Below the pieces are notes generated by a model. That model made no database searches. It saw only the letters and a list, made by a program, of their open reading frames with translations, and had not been told where the DNA came from. A DNA stretch of 64,000 nt from Piromyces finnis finn (taxonomy: Eukaryota; Fungi; Neocallimastigomycota): positions 124,001 to 188,000 of the forward strand of contig MCFH01000081.1 in assembly GCA_002104945.1 (NCBI GenBank), in the 5' to 3' direction. The stretch's first letter is position 1, and every line of letters begins with the position of its first letter. A program made the translations under genes and the position numbers. Positions 1 through 13,548 of this stretch are shown here, piece after piece.

Positions 1-2684
1 AAACAATTTCTGAAAAGAAAAAGATAGTAAAACAAATAATAATACTGTCACCACCAAAAGAAAAATGTATTAATAAAAGTAAAGAATATAAAACTAGAAG
101 ATTAAATCAACTTGCAAACGAAAACACCGTAGGTAAAATTAAAGAAATATTTTCAACACTTCCATTATTTAAAGGATTTAATTGTTCTTATAATATTATA
201 AATGATGAAGAAATAGAAGAATTAGCAAGTGATGAGGATGAAGACACAAAATTAGAGGAAGAAGCGAAAGAATCAATAAATGACAATGAATCAATAAGTG
301 ATAATGATTTTGATGATGATTTTGAGGAAGACACTAATATTCAATATGAGTTACAAAGACCAACTATATCGATACCAAATGAAAAAATAGATAACATGAT
401 GGAAGATAGTTTATATTCATATATTTCAAGATTTACAAACTCTAAATTGAAGGATTATATGAATGTTATTAAGTTAATGAAAGACCCATTAGCTAATTTT
501 TCATTCCAAAAATTTAAAAAGAAAAAATATTATACTACATTTACCGAAACATTATTATCTATAAAAAAGAAGGATTATTTATCTTGTGGTATATATTCAG
601 ATGAATATAGATCTGGTGTAAAAAGAAGAAAATTATGCTCAGCATCACATGATTTAGAGTCTATAGAAAAATTGAAAAAGACTTTTAAATTTCCAAAGGT
701 TATTTATTATGGTGAATTATTATTAAATGAACAGCAAGATTTTAAACTACCGATAGATATTTATTTAATGGTTAAAGATCCTCAATTTAAAAAGGTAAGA
801 ATTTAAGCATTTAAAATTAAATACGTTTTAATATTATTATAGTAATATATTTAATAATATTATAAATAAATTTTTATTTCAAATATATTAATTAGATGCT
901 TGATACCATACCAAGAGTTGGTATACCTAATTTTAAGGAAATAAGTCAAAGTAATTATAAATACTTTTTTTTTTCATATATATTAATAAAAAAAAAAAAA
1001 AAAGGAAAATATTGATATATAAATTACAAACCTTATCATTTATTAACATGAATATTAAATATATCCTTTTAATGTTTATAGATATATATCTTGTTAAGAA
1101 ACCACTTATAAACGAAGCAAGGGATTGTAGTTGTAAAAAAGGTGATAATTGTGGAGAAACATGTTTAAATCGTCTAAGTTTAATCGAATGTGATCCTAAA
1201 CGTTGTCCGTGCGGTGATAGATGTACAAATCAACGTTTTAATCGGTATAATAAAAATAGTAAAAAACTTAAAGTTTTTTGGGTATGTTAAAATGTTATAA
1301 CTAAACTATAATAATAAAAAATATAATTATTTTTCCATACAATTATAATTACATCTATTTATAAATAATACTTTCAAGGATCAAAGAATTAATTCTTATT
1401 TATATAATAATTTTAATGGTATCATACTATAGACGGGAAACAAAGGATATGGATTAAAAACAGAAAATCCAATTAAAAAGGATGAATTGGTTATTGAATA
1501 TACTGGTGAAGTTATGTCTAATAAATCGTGCATTGATCGTTTAAATACTATTTATAAAAATATGAATTCATTCTATTTTATTGATTTTGGTGATGGTAAA
1601 GTTATTGATGCATGTGAAAAAGGAAGTATAGCACGTTTTGCAAATCATAGTTGTGAACCAAATTGTCATATAGAAAGATGGTTAGTAGAAAGTAAAAAAA
1701 ATAAAAAAAAAAAAAAATAATGAAACTATTTTTTATATCCCACATTTTTTTTTTCTATATTAATATTTATTATATATATATATATATATATATATTTAAT
1801 GTTTTTGAAATTTCTTTTATAACATATAAAAGGACGGTTAATGATGAAGTAAGAGTTGGATTATTTGCATTAAGAGATATTAAAGCTGGTGAAGAATTAT
1901 TATATGACTATAATTTCCATAGTTTTGGTGAACAACAAAAATGTAATTGTGGAAGTAAAAATTGTCGTGGTATTATTGGTGTGAATAGACAACATCCAAC
2001 AATAAATATCAATTCTTCAGCGTGTAAGAAAAAAGGTTATAAGGTATGTATATTTAGTAGTTTTTTATTTATATACTATGATTCTTCAATAACGTTTTAA
2101 CATTTTATATATTTATTTATATATTTAAAAAGAACCATAAAAATCAAAGTAAATATTATTCAATTAAGAAAAATTGGGAATTTTTATTACAGGAAATGAA
2201 AGATATTATTAGAGGAAACTTAGATTATAAGAAAAATCATTTATTTTTATTAAGAAATTTAAAATATGCCAATAGACAGGTATTTTTCTTTTCTTTTCTT
2301 TTTTTTTTTTATTAAATTATAAAATTAGATTTGTTTTTGTAATTATTTCTAATAAATCTTTTTTTTTTTTTTTTTTTTTTTTATTATTAATTAAAATAAT
2401 ATTTCTGATAATTTATATAATTAATACTATTTAAAAAAAAAAAAATTTTTTTTTTATAGTTAACAATACAAGCTAATGCCATTTTCAAACAAGATGAATT
2501 AAGAGGATATATGAATTATACAAAATCTTTTAATAATCAATATCAAATATTAATAAAAGAACTTTATAAATTACACTCCCAAACGAAAGACGAAAATATA
2601 GTAATAACAAAAAGAACCATAATGAATGAACAAACTCTAATCAAGTTTCTTAAAAAAAGTAAAAATGATAAAGCAAAGAATTGA
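1..2684 (+). CDS. ASH1/SET2-family histone H3K36 methyltransferase (AWS-SET-postSET), 5'-truncated by the window edge, multi-exon
   Basis: The frame is open from base 3 through an acidic region to a GT donor at 795. Later exons give AWS ([38 protein letters not shown]), SET (GNKGYGL...VIEYTGEV...[15 protein letters not shown]...ELLYDYNF) and post-SET ([13 protein letters not shown]). Stop TGA at 2682-2684. Confidence 0.88.
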
Positions 2685-3740
2685 ATTCTTTTAATTTTAA
2701 TTGTGTAAATGTTTTTAATAATTATATTTTATTTATATATAGAAAATACATATCACAATAGAATAACTATTTGAACAATTATTAAAAAAAAAAAAAAAAA
2801 AAAACATTTTATTATAATTATTTTTTTAATATGTATTTTTGATGTAATTTTAAAATTTTCATTTATTTATCAATATCATCATCATACCACTTTTTTTTTT
2901 TTTTCATTTACATATCATAAAATATTAATATATATTCTTTATTATTTAAATACAATAGTAATACAATTATACATTTAATTTTTAAAACTTTGAAATAATA
3001 AAAATTATTTATAATAAAATATAGAAGAATTAAAAATAGAATATTTGATTTATTTGTGATTGTCTTTAGTAAACTTTAAAAATTTATACGATAGATAGGA
3101 AAAAAAAAAAAAAAAAAAAAAATTACATATTATGTATTTTTAAATATAATAGTAAAAAAATAAAATAAAATATATATGTACCTCTTTAAAATTTATATAT
3201 TTTTTTTTTCTTTTCTTCTTCTTTTTACTCTTAAAATAAAATAATAATAAAAATAGAATAAAATATAATAAAAAAAAAAAAGTCATTACATCTCAAATGA
3301 TTTTAATTTTTTAGATAGTGCTAAATTTATTATTCTATTTTTTTTTTTTTTCGTTTTTTTTTTTTTTGGTTTTTTTTTTTGAATAGTTATTTTGTTCAAT
3401 ATAATCATAATATATATAACAAAATTTCAGTTTAAACTGCTTATTATTATTTTTTTATAATGATTATGAATATACGATGATTAAAATATATAAATATATA
3501 TATTTTTTATTAATTATCATTATATATATAATGATATATAAAAAACTATATATATATGTATTTTTGCCTTCTTTTTTTCATTTTATTATTATTATTATTA
3601 TTTTATTTTTTATATTTCTAATCCTTGAGTTATTTGATTATCTATTAATAGTATTGATGATTATTATCTTTATTTTTTTTTGGATTATTCTTTATAAAAT
3701 AATAAAAACATTTTTTTTTTTTTTTTTATAATTATCCAAC

Positions 3741-5310
3741 TTAAAAGTATTCGTACGACTTTTTCCTCAATTCTAAAGTTCTACAATAGATTAATGAAAA
3801 TATGAATGCTATTGGTGATGATATAGATAATAACCAACAAAATATACAAAGTCTAGATAAAGATTTTTCAACTCTTGTTGTTATTTCTGTACTACAACCA
3901 CCTGGTATGTTATTTACAACATCTTTTCTCCTTTTTAAATTATTCTCTTTTGGATAATTTGAACCTCTATCAATATTATTTTCATTATCTATATCAATAT
4001 CAATCCCTATATCTTTCATCGCACTTTTATTATTTTCATCATTAATAGATGGCTTTTTACTTTTAATATCCACCTGCTTTATTTTACTCAAATCTTCCTT
4101 TGTAAAATAATCTTCAGGAAAAGATTTACTAAATGTTTTATTAAATTTTTTCTTCTGATCTACAACTGGAATTGGTCCTATGGTTTCAATTTTAACTTTT
4201 TTATGTACAAGTGCTTCAGGACAAATATCGTTTGGTACAGCATTGTCGGTATAGTCTAAAAAACCACAACAATTAAACTATTATAAATTAAATAACATAT
4301 AATTTATATACAAAAATCATAATTTTATTATTAAAATTCAATTTTATAGTTATTTTATTATTAATTTTTTCAATGCCATTTTTTTTTTTTCTTACCTCGT
4401 TCTCAAATTTGTTTATTATATCTTCTGTATATACATCCCACCAAACAAATGACATATCTCTTTCAGCATTAACAGATATATTGTGAATTTGTTTTATGGA
4501 ATAATATTGAAAACTTGATGATATAATGTTTGTTACTAAATATAATACAAGCATAGGCTTAAATTTAAATCGAACACCAATTAATCCAAGTGAAGCTGAA
4601 AGTCCCAAGAAAAAGGATGTAAATATTAATGCTCTATTTGTATAATTATTTACATCATGCATATTCATCATAGTGAAGCCATCTATGAAAAATATATACA
4701 ACGTTATTAATAGATATAAAAATGCTGTACCTAATATACTTAACAAACTTATTAAACAATTTTTTCTTGTTTCTTTTTCATAGGTATTATATCTCTTAGT
4801 TGATCTCAATATTGCTTTTATAAATATTTTACTAAAACTACTCCATAAATTTACAAAAGGTATTTCATCTTGATTCATTAAATAATAGTCATTATCTGAT
4901 AAATTATCATTTAATTCATCGTCAATAGTTTCTTCATCACTTTCTTGGTAAGTAGTTGGTACTCTAGAGTAATTATTATATGTTTCATCATCATCATCAT
5001 TTATTAATAATTCATTTAAATCATCGTAATCACTTGTAGTATTGGCACGTCTTGTTCTTCTTTTCTTTTTTTTTGTTCTTATTTTAGGTAGTTTGAAAGG
5101 TGATTTTAATATTCCTTCATATTTAAAATTAAAATCATCTCTATCATCTTGTTTATCAAGTAAATTGTAATTCAATTCAGAATTTGAATTTCCAGTGGGT
5201 TCAATACTTATATAATCATCATCTTGCATAAAGTAATCATCATCATCAATTACATCTAATTCTATACCAGTTGTATTGGAATTTTTTGGTTTTGAATTTA
5301 TTTTATCCAT
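3741..5310 (-). CDS. Tetraspanin with long acidic N-terminal tail (2 exons, intron 4395-4278)
   Basis: Three hydrophobic helices in ORF 4288-5310. Splicing GT(4395) to AG(4278) gives KFENE-FNCCGFLDY, the tetraspanin CCG motif. Two further Cys follow, then a fourth TM helix (LCIFCWLLSISSPIAFIFSLIYC) before the stop at 3741. Confidence 0.85.
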
Positions 5311-5557
5311 TAATTTGTATATTTATTTAATTTAATAGTATGAAAAGAGTAAATAATACAATAGTAAAGAGGAGATAAAAAACTTTGTTCTGGATATATT
5401 ATTTATAGTCATACAAGTAGAAATAATACTTATATATCTATTTTAAAATGGTTATAAATAAATAAAAATATTCTGAAGTTTTATTAAATTATTATAATTA
5501 CAATTTCTATATAATAAAAAAGGATTATTTTATTAATATTTATTTTTGAATTTTACT

Positions 5558-5588
<31 letters not shown>

Positions 5589-6892
5589 TATAATCTCTGA
5601 TATTTATTACTTAAATTATATTCTATTTTCTTTAATATTAATTAATACTACTTTCCAATTCTATAAATTAAATTTTTATTTAATTATATTAGCTATTGTT
5701 TATTATAATTTTATTTTTGTAATAAAAAAATAAAAAAAAAAAAAATATTAAATTAGTTATTATTTCTTATTATAATTAGTTTATGTATTTTATAATATTG
5801 CTTGTTTTCTTTTATTTTAATCTTATTATCAATTTTTTCTTTCTTTTTTTTTTTTTTTTTTCACTTTTTTTTTTTTTTTTTTATTATTCTTTTTTTTTTT
5901 ATGTATATATATTTTTATTATTATTTATTTCTATAAACAAATTATTACATCTTAAAAGCTATTATATTATTTTTTATTGTTATTTTTTTTTTATTTGATT
6001 ATCTATTAATCCTTTAATTATTACTTCTACCTATTTATTGTAATAATTAAAATTAAATCAATTTGTTACTCTATTTATTTACTAAATGGAAAAAGAAAAA
6101 ATTGAAATACTTCTTTTATATCAATCCGATGGTAATATAATATAAATCTATATTGAATTAATTTATTTTAATATATATCGATATATAAAATTATTTTCCT
6201 AATATTAATATTTTTAATATTTAATAAAAATAAATTAAACTTTTTTTTTGCTTGCTTAGTTAAGGTACTAATAAAACCATAATTGCTTTTGTAGATACAT
6301 TAAATATTACATAATGTAATAATGTAATAATGTTATAATTTAGTTAAAAATTAATTACAATAATTTATATAATAATTGAAAATTTATTTGTAGAATAATG
6401 GCTTTAAATATACTTGTAAGTAATTGTAAATGTCAAAGAAATATAAAATCATATTTAAATTCATCTATACCTCTCAAGCCACTATAATATTTATTATTAT
6501 TTTATTATTTTATGTATTTTTAACATTCATTGGGTAAATCACAATACAAATTATATGATATATTCGTGATTTCTAAAATTTTTTAATCTATAATAATTTA
6601 TGATAATAACTCAAGAAAAAATTATTAATTAAATCGATATATATATAATAATTAAATGAATTATATTTTTTTCTTTTTATTTGTTTATAAACTATTTTTA
6701 TAACAATTTGTTAGGTAAAATAAAGATATAAAAGTATACTTTTAATACTAATTAATAATTAGATATAATTATTTGTATCAATAAATTAATCTAAAATGTA
6801 ATACGTTTTCTAATATTAAAAATTTATAAATAAAAAATGGTTTAAATTCAAAATGTTAATTAAATAATTCAAAAAAGTAAATATAAAGATAA

Positions 6893-7940
6893 ATGGATTC
6901 AAAGGAACAAACAGAAGAAAAGGCTTTTGCCTGCTTAAGGGATGCTGAAAAGAAAAAAAATTACAAGGGTTGGTTTGGAAGGTATAATTTAATAAATATA
7001 TATTTTTTTGTTTTAATAATTATTTTAATTGTGAATAATTTATTATTAATAATAATATAATAATATTGTTCAAATGAACATTTATCATTTTGGTTTCCAT
7101 TTCCTCAATATACATATATATATATATAATTATTTATGAAATGAATTACAAAATAGAAATAAATTAGATGAAGCTGCTGAACAATTTCAAAATGCAGGAA
7201 ATTATTTCAAATGTATTAAAAAATGGAAAGAAGCTGGTGATGCTTACTATCAAGCTGCCGGTTGTTTAATTGTAATTCAAGAAAACGATGAAGCCACTAC
7301 TTCATTTATTAATGCTTCAAAGTGTTACAAAAAATCAAGTCCAATAGAAGCTGTTAATTCATTAAAACAAGCAATACAATTTTTAATAGAAAAAGGTAAA
7401 TTAAATCAAGCTGCTAATCATCAAAAAACAATTGCTGAAATATATGAAACTGATTTAATGGATACAGAAAAGGCCTTAGAAGCCTATGAAAATGCAGCTG
7501 ATTGGTACTCAACTGAAAACTCACCAGTTCTTTCCAGTCAATGTTCACTTAAAGTTGCTCACCTTTGTGGTGAATTAGAACAATATGAGAAAGCATACGG
7601 ATTATTTGAAAAGGTTGCTTCTAATAGTGTTGATAACGATTTAGCAAAATGGTCAGTAAAAGAATATTTACTTAAAGCTGGACTTTGTCATTTAGCTAAT
7701 AAGGCTAATGAAGGAGGTTTCTTGACCTTTTTAGATACATTTGATGAAATTGATGGTACTTTCAGAGATACTCGTGAATATAAATTTTTAGAAAATTTAG
7801 TTACTTTTTCTGAAGAAAAAAGAGTTGATGACTTTGTTAAATGTATTAGTGAATATGATTCGTTAACTAGACTTGATCCATGGAAAACTAAAATTTTATT
7901 AAAAATAAAGAAGGATATGGAAGAAGTTTCAATTCTCTAA
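6893..7940 (+). CDS. SEC17: alpha-SNAP (vesicle fusion NSF attachment protein), 2 exons
   Basis: Exon 1 6893-6981 (MDSKEQTEEKAFACLRDAEKK...GWFG) joins exon 2 from 7157 (NKLDEAAEQFQNAGNYFK). C-terminus EYDSLTRLDPWKTKILLKIK is typical of alpha-SNAP. Confidence 0.95.
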
Positions 7941-8196
7941 GCAAATATACTTTTATTCATAATATCTTCTAATAATATTATAAGATTTTAATAAATAACT
8001 AAAATTATCAGTTTAAAATACTTTTTCTTAAAATAATGATGCATAAGAATATATATAAATTAAAGTAAATGTTTAATATGATATTCATAAGCATTATTAT
8101 TATATAAATCACAATAATATGATAATTGAAATATTGATAGATACTTTATACATAATAACAAATAATAACAATAACAGCAACAATAAATTATTAAAC

Positions 8197-8229
<33 letters not shown>

Positions 8230-8337
8230 ATCTTATAATAAAGAAATAATAACAAAACGTTTTATCGAAATAATTGATATAAAATCTTTTTTATATAAAT
8301 AAATTAAATATAGATACTGTTATAAAAAAGATCAAAC

Positions 8338-8418
<81 letters not shown>

Positions 8419-8790
8419 TCAAGACATTTAAATAAAAACTTTTTATTTTTTAGTTACTTTTTATTAACAGTTGTGATGTATATGAAGTTTAATAGTATTA
8501 ATTAATTATTAATTAAGATTCTCTTATTCCTTGTTATTAGAAAAGTAAATCTAAAAATTAGTAGACTTAAACTATTATTAGTATATATATATATATTTTA
8601 GATACTGTAATAATCACAATTTTGTTTTAGATTTGATGTATACTCGAACAATTTTTTTTATAAAGAAATATTATTATATTTTTTTTATTTATTTATATTC
8701 TTTATGTAGAAAAAATTAATAAAAATTTAATATTTAAAATTTATTAAATTTTAAAAATATTCTTTCCATTATAAAAAAATAATATTAAAT

Positions 8791-10606
8791 ATGAGAAAAA
8801 GACAAAGAATATCTCTAGAATTTAATGTACGAAAACCAAAATTGCAAATAAATCATTCAATATCGAAAAATGTTAATAGAATAAAAGGTTCCTATATAAT
8901 AGTAAAATATTATATATATTCCATTAATTTTTTTTTTAATATATTAAATTCTTTTTAAATTATAAAATAAAGATGATATAAATGTCGTTAATAACCCATA
9001 TTTAGCACATACTTTGGAAACTTCTTCTTCTTCTCAATCTAATTCAATATCACCCCCACCACCACCATCTCCACCACCTCTACCACCACCACCACCAATT
9101 ATAACTGATACTAGTAGTTCGTTAAATTATTTATTAAATTATGAAGATAGTTCTTCAGAATCAGAAACAGAAAATAACATTGTAGAAAATGAATCTGAAA
9201 AGGAAAATAATAAAGATAAAGAAAATGAAATTAAAATTCCAGTGAATGAAAGTAATAATATTAAAATCTTCATTTTTACAATATGTAAAAATAAAAAATT
9301 AACATATTTTCTTCTATAATTGAATTTATAAAGACAAAAAGAATTTAGATTTAATGAATTCATTTGAAACATTTTTATCTGAAATTAACGAATTAGAAAG
9401 TAATAGTAATACCAATTCAGAAATTCCAACAAATACAGAGAACACTTCAATAAATAATAATAAAAACGAGCCAACTTTGACAATAGTAAAAAATGGCACA
9501 ATTTTTAAAAATGAAAATAATACCATTAAAAATAATACAGCTGAAAATTCCTATCATGAATCTTCAATAATGATTATTAATAAATTAGCATATTTAGCTT
9601 CAGATAAATCAATTATATATACTACAACTTCTCCACAAGATTATCAATATCATCAGATTGAATTTTCAACAAGATATAAGGATTGGTCTGTTGGTGCACT
9701 TAATTTTGATTATTTTAAAAATTATCATAATGAAATAAATAATTTACTTATTCAAATTGAAGGTAATGAATAATATAATTATTAATTTAAATTTAATAAT
9801 TAAAATTAAAGATTTCATAAATCTTAAAAATGAATTATAATAAAAATAATAATAAATAATGATGAAATAAAAACAAAATTAAAAGGGGGAAAAAAAAATA
9901 ATATAGTGAATAAATAAAATAATTAATAACAATAATAATTAAATAAAAGTATAAAATATAAATTTTTAATATTATGTAGGAATATAAGATGGTAAATATA
10001 TAAAAGATTAATGTATGCTACTATGCAAAAATGTTATAAAGAAATTTTTATATATGTATTTTTTATATATGTAATTAATTATTTCTTTCTTTTTTCTTTT
10101 AAATATATATAAAGATTATTTTTCACCGCCTGGTTGGATAATTAAATGGGATTCTAATAATTTACTGTATTATTATGAAAATAAAAAATCTGTATGTAAT
10201 GAGAATAACATTTTTAAATATTATTTAGAAGTTATTAAATATCTATATATTTTTTTAAAAAAAAGAAAATAATATCTCATGAATATCCCAAAGTAACTGA
10301 AATAGAACAACCAAATCAAATATATAAAAGTGATGATAATGATGAAGGTATAATTAATTCATAGTGTAATCGATTAATTTTATATTTATTATAAACAAAA
10401 TAAAATTAAACCAACAATATTATTAAATTTCTACATAAAGAAAATATGGAACTTGAATCTGATAATGAAACTACATATACAAAAATATCGAAATCCGAGT
10501 CTTTAAAAAATAAAAATAAAGAAGAAAAACCACGCAAACATAAAACCAAAAAAGCTACAACTATTAAAGATAAAAATATGGTAAATTTTAATATTATATA
10601 ATTTTC

Positions 10607-10657
<51 letters not shown>

Positions 10658-10965
10658 CCATTTTTAAAATTTTCAAGTTAAAATTGATGCAGAAATGGAA
10701 AGAAGTTGAAGATTCACTTAATAGCGATGATTCAAATGATGAAGATGAAAAAATAAGTAAATGGGCTGAAGAGCAAAGAAATAAGTAATGTTAAATAAAT
10801 AAGTAGTCTTATATATGCATATATTCTTATTGTTTGACATTAATTATTAAATAATTTTTTTATTAATAAAGGGTTGACTCTAATGAAAATCCGAATTTCG
10901 AACCTATCAGTAGTAATTGGAGAGAAAAAATATTAAAACGTAATGAATTAGAAAATAATTCATAA
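8791..10965 (+). CDS. WW-domain protein, FNBP4 (formin-binding protein 4)-like; multi-exon, 5' exons uncertain
   Basis: Pro-rich and acidic exons. Spliced WW-like segment PPGWIIKWDSNNLLYYYENKKS...IISHEYP (about 10125-10290). C-terminal exons LKLMQKWKEVEDSL...KWAEEQ and ENPNFEPISSNWREKI resemble the FNBP4-type tail. Stop at 10963-10965. Confidence 0.62.
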
Positions 10966-11288
10966 GGCTATTATTTATTATTTCAAGATGATTTTATTTA
11001 TTTGTATAATAATAGTTAATATAAATAAATTATATAACATTTTTAAATAATTATTTTTAAAAATTTTTATAAAAGGCTGAAATTACAAATTGAAATATTC
11101 TATTAATATAATTAAAAAATAAAATTAAATTGTTGATAGAGATTCTATTGTATATATTTGAATTGAATTAATAGCATACAATGGTTCCTAAATGATAATA
11201 AGTAATGAAAAAAAAAAAAATTTTGAATTCCCTATTTTTCGATTTTCGATAATTTAAATAATGTAATAAATGTAATGATTATTTTATT

Positions 11289-12096
11289 TTATTTTGTTTC
11301 TTCTTCTTCTTCTTCGGCGTCTTCTTCATCGTCGAAATCATCAAAATCATCGAAATCATCAAAATCATCAAAATCATCGAATTTTGGATTCTTTGGTTCT
11401 GGTATATTATCTTTATCTAATTCACCTCTTTCAATCTTTCTTAAAACTGTTCTACGTTCTCTTTCCTTTAATCTATTAAGTTTATTTTCAAATTCTTGTT
11501 CTTCTTTTCTTATTTCTTGAGTGGATTTTGTATTGCTTTATAATTTATATACACAGTAGTACAGTATTATATATTCGAATTTTATTATACAAAATAAATT
11601 TTAATTTTTGATTTTAATAATAAAAAAAAAAAATATATATTTTAAAAAAAAAAAAAAGCATACTTAATCTTTTCTTCAGAAGGTTGAAGACATTTAGCAC
11701 AAACATTCTTTTCTTCAGAACATTTTTTACAAATAACATGGTATGCCTCTCTAACAGCTTTTTGTGAACACCATACACTAATTATAATTTATATTTATAT
11801 AAAAAATAATATTCAATTAATATTTTTATTTTTGGAATATTATATTATTTAGTTATTTAGTTCATTGCTATAAATAATATTTATATGCACCATTTCTTTG
11901 GAGCTGATATTGGCTTATATTTTCTGAAACGTTTTCTCCATTCTATCATTTCATGACATTTTGGACATAAGTGTGTGTTTGGTAAAGCAAGAATTTTTCT
12001 TGTAGTTCTTGAACCAGGGTTATGTTTATATGCTACAACATTTTGGTGTTTTTGGCCTCCTTTTTTTTTTCCTGATGTTGAAACTTTTTGAGGCAT
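11289..12096 (-). CDS. C9orf85/DUF2039-family Cys-rich protein with acidic tail, 3 exons
   Basis: GGQKHQNVVAYKHN...LCPKCHEMIEWRKRFRKYKP, then CVWCSQKAVREAYHVICKKCSEEKNVCAKC, then a (DDF)n/E-rich tail. GT-AG junctions are in frame. Confidence 0.85.
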
Positions 12097-12614
12097 TTCG
12101 TTTTTAAAATTATATTAATAATAAAAATCTAATGGATTTAAAGTTTAATAATAATTTTTTTACATACTATTCTAAAATTCTAAACTATAAAAATTTTCAT
12201 TAGTAATAAATCACTACCAATCATTATAAAAAATAATATAATATACATTATAGTTTTATATATATAAATATTTATTATTTTTTAATATAAATATATATTA
12301 TCATTTTAAATATTAAATTAATAATTTTTGGTATTTTCAATATGAATTCTGTAATAATTAATTTTAAATATATAAATTTATAATAATCATAGCAATAATA
12401 AAAAAACAGATAAAAGCAACAAAAAATACTCTTTTTGTTTTTATTCCCGAAATAAAATAAAAATATATAATAGCATAATAGTATATTATATATAAATAAA
12501 TAATATTATTATTAATAAAAAAGGTTATTTTATACAACAAGAATAAACATCTTATACCGTACTTTTATTTTTTAAGAAAAAATACCTTTTATATAATTTT
12601 AAATAATAATAAAT

Positions 12615-13046
12615 ATGAGCAGTAACAAAGATGAAATTAAAAAGCAAAATAAAAAGGCAATTAAAAATGTCTTAAAAACTGTTGCAGGAATTGGTTTAGC
12701 TACTGTTGCTACCGTTGGTATTTTATCAAGTATTCAAAAAGATAAAATTATTGAAGACCAACAACAAACCATTGAAGAAAGAGATGAAGAAATTAATTAT
12801 TTACAAAAAAGAAGAGAAGCTGAGGAAGAAGATGCCTTCAAAGGCAAGGGAAAAGAACTAGTAAATGAAAATGGTGAAAATGTTTGTTCCGTTTGTCTTT
12901 TGGGAAAAGTTACAAAAGTATTGGTGCCATGTGGTCATTATGCTGTATGCTCTGCATGTATTACAAAATTAAAGGCATATAATGATTCAAGATGTCCAAT
13001 TTGTAGAAGAAAATTTGAAAAAGCTATTATGGTCTATGTTAATTAA
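12615..13046 (+). CDS. Single-exon IAP-type (C3HC4_3) RING finger protein with N-terminal hydrophobic helix and coiled coil
   Basis: CSVC...LVPCGHYAVCSACITKL...CPICR. N-terminal VLKTVAGIGLATVATVGILSSI followed by an E/Q-rich coil. Confidence 0.85.
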   Translation: MSSNKDEIKKQNKKAIKNVLKTVAGIGLATVATVGILSSIQKDKIIEDQQQTIEERDEEINYLQKRREAEEEDAFKGKGKELVNENGENVCSVCLLGKVTKVLVPCGHYAVCSACITKLKAYNDSRCPICRRKFEKAIMVYVN

Positions 13047-13548
13047 TATATTTTAATGTAATATTTAATAATGTCAATTCCAGATTAACCTTCCGAAATA
13101 TAAAAATATAAATAATAATTTAATAAATTATTATTTAAGGCAAAATAAATAATAATGTAAATGCAAATATATATTGTACTGAAATAATACGTATTTATAC
13201 TTTAATAATTTTTTAAATCATTTTTTCTTATATTTTATCGCTTTTCCAATATTGTACATAAAAATTGTTTAATAATAATAAAAAATAAAATAAAATAAAT
13301 AAAAAAAGTAAAATAATATGATTTAGAAATCAACAAATTAAAAATATTATGAAATTTACAATTGAAATATATTTTTTAAATATTAATCATATTGCGAATA
13401 TGCTATTTTTTGTTTTATTATATTGTTAATTGCATAAATAGTTCACTTAATGTAATTTCTATATAGGATAATATAAAGACTGAAAAATAGTGGATATGAA
13501 AAAATAATTAATTTTTATAAATAATTTTGGTAAAGTCATTATGAAAAA

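Noticed and set aside
3477-3731. Hydrophobic I/F/L/Y-rich ORFs (also 5783-5998, 16317-16562, 28513-28752, 37990-38307)
   Set aside because: They are translations of poly-T and (ATT)n intergenic sequence with no coding-like composition.
9139-9526. Antisense or alternate-frame ORFs (also 11275-11520, 11294-11479, 25309-25491, 29157-29555, 29725-30045, 30082-30264, 34556-34744, 48730-48951, 52414-52602, 62512-62712, 63179-63382)
   Set aside because: They are shadows of real exons on the opposite strand or in another frame.
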